A DNA stretch of 64,000 bases from positions 3,525-67,524 of the forward strand of contig CACFVG010000003.1 in assembly GCA_902569725.1 (NCBI GenBank), read 5' to 3'. The notes beneath the pieces were generated by a model. That model was not told the DNA's origin. It did not search any database and saw only the letters and a program-made list of their open reading frames with translations. Shown one piece after another: positions 31,734 to 39,865 of this stretch. Position numbers and translations under genes: made by a program. The DNA is from an uncultured Pelagibacteraceae bacterium (GTDB lineage Bacteria > Pseudomonadota > Alphaproteobacteria > Pelagibacterales > Pelagibacteraceae). How positions within the stretch are numbered: position 1 is the stretch's first letter; every line of letters begins with the position of its first letter.

Positions 31734-32597
31734 ATGATGAGAAAATTAACAAATCAGCAAAAAGGTTCACTTTTGGCATTTGTTGGTGTTTTTCTAATTA
31801 CACCCGATTCATTATTAATTAGATTGTCAAATATAGAAACATGGGGAATGTTATTCTATAGAGGAGCAATACCTTTTGTAGTTGTTTTAATTGGTACGTT
31901 AATTTTTTATAATAAAAATTTTTTAAAAAAACTATTTGGAATAGGTTATCCAGGAATATTTTATATTTTTAGTTTTTCTGCATGTAATATTACCTTTATA
32001 TTATCTATCCAAAACACTAATGTTGCTAACACTTTGGTAATGATTGCTTTGGCTCCAATGCTTTCAGCTATATTAGGGGCTATATTTTTAAAGGAAGTCC
32101 CAGATAAAAAAACCTGGATTGCTATACTTGTCACCTTTGCTGCTTGTGTATATATCTTTTATGATTCCCTAAATTTAGGTAATTTTTTAGGTGATTTCTT
32201 TGGTCTAGTGACGGCTTTTGGTCTTGCCTGTAATGCTACTTTAGCAAGATATGCTAAAGACCGAGACCTTGTTCCGTCAGCTGTAATTGGCAAATTATGT
32301 GTAGCTATATTTGCCTTTTTCTTTGTAGAGAGCTTCACATTGGCAGGTAATGATATCATTTTCATACCTTTAATGTGTGTAATGTGTGTGGCTATCCCTT
32401 TTGTTTTAGTAACTATAGCCCCAAGATTCATAACCGGTGCCGAAGTTAATCTTTTTTTCCTTCTTGAAACTATACTGGGTCCAGTATGGGTTTGGATGGT
32501 AATTAAAGAACAACCTAGTTTGGAGACTATTTTAGGTGGCTCAGTTATCATATTAACAATTGCAATTCACTCATTCCTAGCCTTAAAAAAAACATAA
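31734..32597 (+). CDS. DMT/EamA family transporter
   Basis: About 10 TM, two EamA repeats, TNVANT...AP, FLKE, LE..LGP.WVW...E.P. Confidence 0.9.
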   Translation: MMRKLTNQQKGSLLAFVGVFLITPDSLLIRLSNIETWGMLFYRGAIPFVVVLIGTLIFYNKNFLKKLFGIGYPGIFYIFSFSACNITFILSIQNTNVANTLVMIALAPMLSAILGAIFLKEVPDKKTWIAILVTFAACVYIFYDSLNLGNFLGDFFGLVTAFGLACNATLARYAKDRDLVPSAVIGKLCVAIFAFFFVESFTLAGNDIIFIPLMCVMCVAIPFVLVTIAPRFITGAEVNLFFLLETILGPVWVWMVIKEQPSLETILGGSVIILTIAIHSFLALKKT

Positions 32598-32651
32598 ATA
32601 ACAAATAATTATTTGCAAAATTTTAGCTAAGTAATAATCAGGCAAATATAT

Positions 32652-33953
32652 ATGCAAAAAGAAGTAACAAGATCGTGGGCTTTATTTATTGGAATTGGAA
32701 CAATCATGATTGCTCATGGTCTCCAAATGCAGCTAATGGGTATTAGATCTGTCGTTGAAGATTTTAGTGTAATTACAACTGGTATATTTATGTCTGGTTA
32801 TTTTATGGGATACTTTTTAGGATCAAACACTACTCCAAAGTTAGTACAAAAAGTCGGTCACATTAGAGTATTTGCAGCTTTTGCATCATTAGCTTCATTA
32901 AGCGCACTGTTAGCAGCTGTTTATGTTAATCCTACAATGTGGACCTTAAGTAGATTTATAACAGGAATTAGTTTAGTTAGTTGCTACATAGTTACTGAAA
33001 GCTGGTTAAATGACAGAGCTACAAATAAAAATAGAGGACAGCTACTATCAGCTTATATGATCATTCTTTATAGTGGGTTAGGAATAGGTATGCTTTTACT
33101 CAACATAAGTGATCCTACAAATTATGAACCATTTATTTTAGTTTCGGTACTATTATCTTTGGCGCTAGTTCCAATTCTTTTAACAAAAAGATCTGCTCCT
33201 AAATTTAAAAAAATAGGAACGATAAGTGTAAAAGAATTATATTCAATATCTCCATTAGGAACTGTAAGTTCTTTTTGTACAGGTTTGATACATTCTGCTT
33301 TTTTTTCTTTAATGGCTGTATATGCAACAAAAGCTAATTTTACTTTATTTGAAACTTCAATTTTACTATTTATAGCAACAATGGCTGGTGTTATATTTCA
33401 AGGCCCAATTGGTTATTTTTCAGATAAACTTGATAGAAGAAAAGTTATAGTTGCTGTTACTTTTTTAAGCGCTTTTTTTTCTTTCTTTGCAATTATTTTT
33501 GGTGGTCAAGATCTTGCAAATTTATATTTGTCGATTCAATTAACAACAAGCAAAATTTTATTTTTTATAGTAGTAGGACTCTATGCGGGTTTGTGCCTTC
33601 CATTATTTTCATTAAATCTTGCACATACTAATGATTTTGTGCCTAAAGAAAAATTTGTAGCAGCAGGTGGAGGATTGCAATTTATATTTGGGATCGGTGC
33701 AATAAGTGGCCCTATTATTTGTTCAATATTTATGAACTGGTTTGATATAAATGGTTTATTTATATTTTTAATAATTGCACATATTATAATTGGAATATTT
33801 GGTATTTATAGAATGAAAGTTAGAAATGTTGTAGAAAATCCTGATTCTACATTTACTTCTGTTCCAGCAACAATTACTCCTGCTGGATTAGAATTAGATC
33901 CTGATACTCCTGAAACATTAGATAATAATCAAACAGAACAATCAAAAGTGTGA
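32652..33953 (+). CDS. MFS transporter (YcaD-like)
   Basis: About 12 TM, VGHIRVFAA, ESWLN, RG..LS.Y, SD..DRR, AHTND. Confidence 0.9.
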   Translation: MQKEVTRSWALFIGIGTIMIAHGLQMQLMGIRSVVEDFSVITTGIFMSGYFMGYFLGSNTTPKLVQKVGHIRVFAAFASLASLSALLAAVYVNPTMWTLSRFITGISLVSCYIVTESWLNDRATNKNRGQLLSAYMIILYSGLGIGMLLLNISDPTNYEPFILVSVLLSLALVPILLTKRSAPKFKKIGTISVKELYSISPLGTVSSFCTGLIHSAFFSLMAVYATKANFTLFETSILLFIATMAGVIFQGPIGYFSDKLDRRKVIVAVTFLSAFFSFFAIIFGGQDLANLYLSIQLTTSKILFFIVVGLYAGLCLPLFSLNLAHTNDFVPKEKFVAAGGGLQFIFGIGAISGPIICSIFMNWFDINGLFIFLIIAHIIIGIFGIYRMKVRNVVENPDSTFTSVPATITPAGLELDPDTPETLDNNQTEQSKV

Positions 33954-34177
33954 ACAAAGAAAACGCAAGTAAACTGTGGAAAATGATACAGAAAGCTGGT
34001 GATTATTTACAAGGACAATTACCCGATCATCCAAATCACCCAAAAGGAAGAAATCCTTATGCCCATATAGCTATATGCATAAAAAGTAAATTTAATGCCA
34101 GTTACAAAGATATAGAAGATGAGAAATTTGATGAAGTAATAAAATATATTGAATTTTTAAAACAAAATCCTAGCTAA
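33950..34177 (+). CDS. Small conserved-looking hypothetical protein
   Basis: 75 aa, GTG start overlapping the MFS stop; LPDHPNHPKGRNPYAH motif; C-terminal half resembles ORF6C. Confidence 0.75.
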   Translation: MNKENASKLWKMIQKAGDYLQGQLPDHPNHPKGRNPYAHIAICIKSKFNASYKDIEDEKFDEVIKYIEFLKQNPS

Positions 34178-35293
34178 TTATTGTTTAGGAAAATAATCTT
34201 CTAATTTGCCTTCTCTATAAACATCTGCTGTACAACAATGAAGTCCACCCCCAAAAGCATACGCATCTCTCATATCTACAGGAATTACTTCCATACCAAG
34301 TTTATCTAGCTGCTCAGATTGATAAATTTCACTTTTTTCTACGCATACTGTTTTTGGATCTAAAACCAAAACATTCATAGAAAGCCATACTGATGAATAA
34401 CATAATGGAGGTGGAGAATTATGGGCAGGTTGAGCTGAATCAACTATTTCCCAGTCATTATCTTCAAAAAGTTTTCTTTGTTCCTTTGGTAATCTTCTTT
34501 GTGGGTTATTAATTATCAATCCTGGTTTGATAGGTGTAAAGGTTGCATCGATATGGATAGGATAAGGATCACCAGGGAAATTTACTGCATGAACTCTATG
34601 ATCTTTGTAATGTCTATTTAACCAATCTATCCCTTTTAAATTTGTTGTAAAACCATGTTGAACAATTAAATCTTTACCAAATCTTAATATATCAGCTGCA
34701 TCGAACAAAGGTTCTTCCTCTGTTGTTACGAAAAATTTTTTTGCAGTCCATTCAAGTCTTTTTTGATCTCCTATTTTATCTGACAAATAATCCATTCTAT
34801 AATCAGCATCAGTTAATCTTGGTTTTGGTGCAGATTCGTGTCTCATATTTGGATCTGAATAATAATATTTTTGAATAAGAGGTCTATAATTCAAATATTC
34901 AAACCATCTGCATCTATAGCTCATTGTTGCCTCTAACATTTCGTTACCAACTGTTAGAATAACATCTCTAGCTGGCATACAACCAAACATACTCTCAGCT
35001 TTCCAGTCTGGTGTTGATATTTTTTGATTAAAATCTATTGGTTGAGGTCTATCTACTTTAATTCCTCTTTTTATTAACATATTAGCAAAATTATCTAGAA
35101 GTTCATTTGCCTTATCTATTGTATCTTTTGTTCTAGGGCCATGTTGTCCTTTCATATCTGAATCTTCTGGCACCTTTGCATCTAATGCAGGCTCTGGAGC
35201 AGGAATGCAACAGCCATCGGCCTTTCCAACAATTACATGCTTTAAAGGATCCCATTCATTCCAGCTGTTTACAATAATTTTTTCTGAACTCAT
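34178..35293 (-). CDS. Glycine amidinotransferase-like enzyme (pentein fold)
   Basis: NSWNEWDPL, RD, FDAAD (Asp), IHIDATF (His), WLSMN, GGGLHC (Cys): full AGAT-type triad. Confidence 0.9.
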   Translation of the reverse strand: MSSEKIIVNSWNEWDPLKHVIVGKADGCCIPAPEPALDAKVPEDSDMKGQHGPRTKDTIDKANELLDNFANMLIKRGIKVDRPQPIDFNQKISTPDWKAESMFGCMPARDVILTVGNEMLEATMSYRCRWFEYLNYRPLIQKYYYSDPNMRHESAPKPRLTDADYRMDYLSDKIGDQKRLEWTAKKFFVTTEEEPLFDAADILRFGKDLIVQHGFTTNLKGIDWLNRHYKDHRVHAVNFPGDPYPIHIDATFTPIKPGLIINNPQRRLPKEQRKLFEDNDWEIVDSAQPAHNSPPPLCYSSVWLSMNVLVLDPKTVCVEKSEIYQSEQLDKLGMEVIPVDMRDAYAFGGGLHCCTADVYREGKLEDYFPKQ

Positions 35294-35297
35294 TAAA

Positions 35298-36203
35298 TTA
35301 ATTTAATGCTATAAATCTTTTATTGGTTTTAATTATGAGGCTATAATAAAAAATTGCCAAAAATATTAAAAAACCACCAATAATAGTATTTGTTGAAGGA
35401 ATTTCATTAATTCCAAGCCATGGAAGCCATACCCAAAAAATTCCTGCTATTACTTCAGTTAAAGAAAGCAAAGTTAATTCCGCTGCTGGAATATTTTTTG
35501 ATGCAATTGCGTATAAAATCATACCTAAACAAACTATTGCTCCATGCGCAGCAAACAAAGCTTGGTTTTTACTTGATGAAATTAAACTCAAATCTTTGTT
35601 TATAATTACAATCAAAGATACAATAAAACAAATTAAGCCAGCAATTGATACTGTGGTAAATTTTGGAGTTTCTTTTCTCCATCTTAAACTTACTGAAAAA
35701 ACTGAAAATCCTACTGCAGATACTATTCCTAGTATAAATCCCATTAAGGTATTTTTTTCATGATTGCCAAACGCCATTATAATAATTCCTACAGTAGCAA
35801 TTCCAATTGCTACCCAAACATTGATGGATATTGTTTCTTTTAAAAATAAAAAACCTAATAAAGCTGTAATAAATGGCATTGAAGCAAGACAAAGAAGAGT
35901 TATTGCTGCAGATGTGTTTGTTATAGACCAAATAAATGTAATCATTGCGAAGGCTAAACCTATTCCTCCTACAATTCCTGAAATTCCTATTTTTTTATAA
36001 TTATTAATAAAACTTAAACCTTCTTCTAAATAAAGATAAAGGTTAAGCAAAATAAAAATCACCAAACCTCTTGTAAACAAATATTGCCAAGGAACTGTAT
36101 GTGCTTGATCTATATTGCGAACCACATATGGACCGAATGACCAAAAAATACCTGCCATTAAAACAACCGGTATAGCTAATTTAGGATTTTTTAATTCGCC
36201 CAT
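35298..36203 (-). CDS. DMT/EamA family transporter
   Basis: About 10 TM, WQ.L..R, FLKE, E.I.G..WVW...NE.P; 4-nt gap before the amidinotransferase. Confidence 0.9.
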   Translation of the reverse strand: MGELKNPKLAIPVVLMAGIFWSFGPYVVRNIDQAHTVPWQYLFTRGLVIFILLNLYLYLEEGLSFINNYKKIGISGIVGGIGLAFAMITFIWSITNTSAAITLLCLASMPFITALLGFLFLKETISINVWVAIGIATVGIIIMAFGNHEKNTLMGFILGIVSAVGFSVFSVSLRWRKETPKFTTVSIAGLICFIVSLIVIINKDLSLISSSKNQALFAAHGAIVCLGMILYAIASKNIPAAELTLLSLTEVIAGIFWVWLPWLGINEIPSTNTIIGGFLIFLAIFYYSLIIKTNKRFIALN

Positions 36204-36263
36204 TTTGGATTATTAATACCAATTAATAAAATCCACAACAAAATTTGATTAAGTAATATAAAT

Positions 36264-37502
36264 TTAATTAATACCTGTGAGTGTATAACATTCAATAAGA
36301 TCACCTTTTTTAAAATTTTCTTTTCCACTAGGGAAAAAACCCCATGCATTAGATTTGGTAAAAGGCTTTATTCTAAAGGACTCCTGACCTTTGTGAATTT
36401 CAAATTCAGCAATACCCTTCTTAGAAAATATTAATTTACCTTTAATAAATCTAGTAAAATTTTTTTTCTTTTTAAACTGTGTTTTAAGCTTTGCATTTAT
36501 AGGTTTATTTTCATTTACCTCTGTAGAAAAATACAAATATGGTAATACAAAAAACCTAAAGCATGCTGCAGAAGAAATTGGATTTCCAGGTAATCCAAAA
36601 AAAGCTTTATTCTTTATAAATTTTGCAAACATTAAAGGCTTCCCAGGACGTATATAAGCACCTTTAAAAGAATACTTTAATTTAAATTTTTTAATAATCA
36701 TAGGGACAAAATCAAATTTACCTGCAGAAACTGCTCCCGACGTTAAGATTAAATCATTTCTTGATTTTAAGTTTTTTTTAATTTCATTTTGAAATTTATT
36801 TAGATCCTTATCTCTTAAAATTTTCTTTTCTACAAAATCGAAAGGTAAATTTTTTAAAAGAGATTTTAAATAGTAACTATTTGAATTTCTAACTTTCCAA
36901 TTGGGTAATTTGCTACTATTAGATATTTCATTTCCAGTTGTGTAAAAAACTATTTTCGGTTTTTTTTTCACCATAATTTTTTTTATTCCCAAAGTTTTAA
37001 ATGCTAAAATATGTTGAGAGTTTATAATTTCTCCTCTTTTAATTAAAATTTCGCTCTTTTTAAAATCTGATCCTGAAAATCTTATAAAATTATTTTTTTT
37101 TATTTTTTTATTTATAATTAAATACTTAGGTTTTATTAGGGTTGGAAAAAATTTTGCCTGTTCTATAGGAATTATGGTATCAAATGGTTTTTTGATTATA
37201 GCTCCTGTCATCACTTCAATTGCTGAAAATTTTGGAACCTTTTTAATATTTGGATTATCTCCTGCAGCTAAAGTTTTTATAATTTTAAATTTTAAAGATT
37301 TTTTTTTACCAAGATTCTTGGTTTCTTTTGAATTAATCGCAAATCCGTCAAATGCTGTATTGTTTGCTGCAGGATAATTGTTAGGTGAATTTAAATTAAC
37401 TGCTGAAATTCTATTAATTGACTCTTCAGCTGAAACTTTTTCTGAATATATTTTTATTTTATTTTTTTTTAATTCTAAAAGTGCTTTTTTATAATGTATC
37501 AT
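36264..37502 (-). CDS. moeA: Molybdopterin molybdotransferase
   Basis: AFDGFA, VMTGA, TGNE, SGAVSAGKFD, RPGKP, LPGNP. Confidence 0.93.
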   Translation of the reverse strand: MIHYKKALLELKKNKIKIYSEKVSAEESINRISAVNLNSPNNYPAANNTAFDGFAINSKETKNLGKKKSLKFKIIKTLAAGDNPNIKKVPKFSAIEVMTGAIIKKPFDTIIPIEQAKFFPTLIKPKYLIINKKIKKNNFIRFSGSDFKKSEILIKRGEIINSQHILAFKTLGIKKIMVKKKPKIVFYTTGNEISNSSKLPNWKVRNSNSYYLKSLLKNLPFDFVEKKILRDKDLNKFQNEIKKNLKSRNDLILTSGAVSAGKFDFVPMIIKKFKLKYSFKGAYIRPGKPLMFAKFIKNKAFFGLPGNPISSAACFRFFVLPYLYFSTEVNENKPINAKLKTQFKKKKNFTRFIKGKLIFSKKGIAEFEIHKGQESFRIKPFTKSNAWGFFPSGKENFKKGDLIECYTLTGIN

Positions 37503-37503
37503 T

Positions 37504-38115
37504 TTAAATCTTGTCCAAATTTTCTTTTGCTTTTTCTAAATCTTTTTTAGTATTTATATTTAAAAATCTATCAAATTTTTCTTCATTTATATTAATATTT
37601 TCATAACCAATCTTATCTGCCCATAATTCTACTTTTCTTAAACCATTTTTAATATCTTCTTCTAATGTTTCGATTAAATCAACAGACCATAAACCAAAGA
37701 TATTATGTCTCTTTTTATTGCTATTTAAAAAAATAAGTTTTTTTGATGTTTCTTTAACTTTAATTTTTAATTCACTTATTAATTTAATATCAAAAAAAGG
37801 TGTGTCACAAGGAAACGATGCTATCCATTTATATTTTTTTTTATTTTTTATAACCCACTTCATTGCTGTGAGCATACCAACCAATGGTCCAAGTTGACCT
37901 TTTATACAATCTTCTACAACATAAATTTTATTATTTTTAAAATTGAATTCTTTTTTATTTGAAATCACCAATATTTCAGTAAATTCTTTTTCTATTTTAT
38001 TTATAGTGTGACCTAATAAAGTTTTATCACCTAATTTTGCTATTGATTTATCTTCACCAAATCTACTTGATTTGCCCCCTGCTAGAATTATACCTAGAAT
38101 GTTGTTTTCAATCAT
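37504..38115 (-). CDS. mobA: Molybdenum cofactor guanylyltransferase
   Basis: ILAGG.SSRFG.DK, GPL.G, PCDTP, F.NINT. Confidence 0.94.
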   Translation of the reverse strand: MIENNILGIILAGGKSSRFGEDKSIAKLGDKTLLGHTINKIEKEFTEILVISNKKEFNFKNNKIYVVEDCIKGQLGPLVGMLTAMKWVIKNKKKYKWIASFPCDTPFFDIKLISELKIKVKETSKKLIFLNSNKKRHNIFGLWSVDLIETLEEDIKNGLRKVELWADKIGYENININEEKFDRFLNINTKKDLEKAKENLDKI

Positions 38116-38159
38116 CAAAAGAAATATAAATTATTAATTGTTTATTAAAAGAATTTAAA

Positions 38160-38558
38160 ATGGACCTAAAAATTTTACAAATTGCGTCAAATACTGAAAA
38201 TAACAAAGTAATTAAAGACCACACTCATAAAGCGACACACAAAAACGCTATTTGTGGAGATCAAATGGAAATAAGCTTAAAAATTAAGGAAAATAAAATT
38301 GTAGACTTTGGATATCAGTGCAAATCTTGTGTTTATTGTCAGGCCTCAGTGAGTCTTTTGTCAAGTAATTCAATCAATAAACCAGTCGAAAGTATTAAAA
38401 GTTTATTAAATGTAATTGAAACTTTTTTTGAAGATAATCTTAAAAATATCCCAAAAGAATGGAAAGTTTTTAAAAAAATTTTTGATAAAAAAAATATTGC
38501 TAGAAAAGATTGTTTGTTATTACCTTTTAAAGCAGTTTCAAAAGCATTAAAATTATAA
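38160..38558 (+). CDS. IscU/SufU-like (NifU_N) protein
   Basis: N..CGD, SC..CQAS, R..C..LP. Confidence 0.82.
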   Translation: MDLKILQIASNTENNKVIKDHTHKATHKNAICGDQMEISLKIKENKIVDFGYQCKSCVYCQASVSLLSSNSINKPVESIKSLLNVIETFFEDNLKNIPKEWKVFKKIFDKKNIARKDCLLLPFKAVSKALKL

Positions 38559-38559
38559 A

Positions 38560-39024
38560 ATGAAAAATTCACTCATTATAAAAGCTTTAATTGCTGGTTT
38601 GTTTTCTGCAATTACAATTGGTGCATTAACTCTTCTTACATATAAAACAGAATTCGGAATTTTTTTAATTGCTTCTTTTGGCTCTACAATGGTTTTACTT
38701 TATGGATATCCTGAAAGTCCATTTGCACAACCAAAAAATATTTTTTTTGGTCATCTAGTAACATCTTTGGCTGGTCTGTTTGTTCTTTATTTTATTCCTT
38801 TGCCTTTATATATTAATTTACCTGTAGCGGTCGGAGCAGGTGTGGTTTTGATGATTATGTTAAATATAACTCATCCCCCAGCAGGCGGTAATCCCATAAT
38901 TGTAATAATGGGCAGTGTATCTTTAGATTATATAATAAATCCAATTATTTCAGGTACTATTATTGTTTTAATTTTTGGAGTAGTTTTAAATCGATTGATT
39001 TTAAAAAAGAAATACCCTTTGTAA
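38560..39024 (+). CDS. HPP family membrane protein
   Basis: ASFGS, PESPFAQP.N...GH, THPPAGG. Confidence 0.92.
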   Translation: MKNSLIIKALIAGLFSAITIGALTLLTYKTEFGIFLIASFGSTMVLLYGYPESPFAQPKNIFFGHLVTSLAGLFVLYFIPLPLYINLPVAVGAGVVLMIMLNITHPPAGGNPIIVIMGSVSLDYIINPIISGTIIVLIFGVVLNRLILKKKYPL

Positions 39025-39861
39025 ATGGATATAAAATATAGTGTTGTAAAGTTAAAAGGAAGTTCTACAGAAGAAATAAAAGATTCTATTTCGGTCGAAG
39101 AACCTCTTGAAATGAATCTTAAATATAAGGTTGATGGAAAGTGGGAAACTGATCAACTATCCATTACAATGAGAACGCCAGGAAATGATGAAGATTTAAT
39201 ATCTGGCTTTTTATTTAATGAGAGAATAATAGAAAATTTTTCTGATATAGAAAATATAGAAAAAATAGGGGAAAAGGTAGGAGATTTTAATATTCAAAAT
39301 AAAATAGTTGCAACTATAAATAATACTAAAAACATTGATATCGCAAAAATAAAAAGAAATTTTATAACTAATTCTTCATGTGGAGTTTGTGGAAAAACCT
39401 CTCTTGAAACAGTTGAGGTAATTAAAGAAAATAAATTAGATATCTCTTATCCTAAAATTAAAAAAGAAATTATTTTAAAATCTCCAGAACTGCTAACAAG
39501 CGAACAATCTGAATTTTCTAAAACAGGTGGTATTCATGCAAGTTCTTTAATCGATGAGAATGGAAAAGTGATTGCAACAAGAGAAGATGTTGGAAGACAT
39601 AATGCTTTAGATAAACTTATAGGCCATACACATAAAAAAAAACTAATTGATAATCATTCTCAATTTATTGCATGCTCAGGAAGATTAAATTTTGAATTAA
39701 TCCAAAAAGGACTAATGTCCAATATTGGTCTTATGGCTGGTGTTGGTGCGCCAACGAGTCTTGCTATAGATCTAGCTAAAAGGTTTAAAATGACATTATT
39801 AGGCTTTGTAAAAAAAAATAGTTTCAATATATATACAAACAAAGAAAGAGTTTTATTTTAA
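39025..39861 (+). CDS. fdhD: Formate dehydrogenase accessory sulfurtransferase
   Basis: VEEPL, TMRTPG, SSCGVCG, TGGIH, EDVGRHNALDK, SGR. Confidence 0.96.
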   Translation: MDIKYSVVKLKGSSTEEIKDSISVEEPLEMNLKYKVDGKWETDQLSITMRTPGNDEDLISGFLFNERIIENFSDIENIEKIGEKVGDFNIQNKIVATINNTKNIDIAKIKRNFITNSSCGVCGKTSLETVEVIKENKLDISYPKIKKEIILKSPELLTSEQSEFSKTGGIHASSLIDENGKVIATREDVGRHNALDKLIGHTHKKKLIDNHSQFIACSGRLNFELIQKGLMSNIGLMAGVGAPTSLAIDLAKRFKMTLLGFVKKNSFNIYTNKERVLF

Positions 39862-39865
39862 CTAT

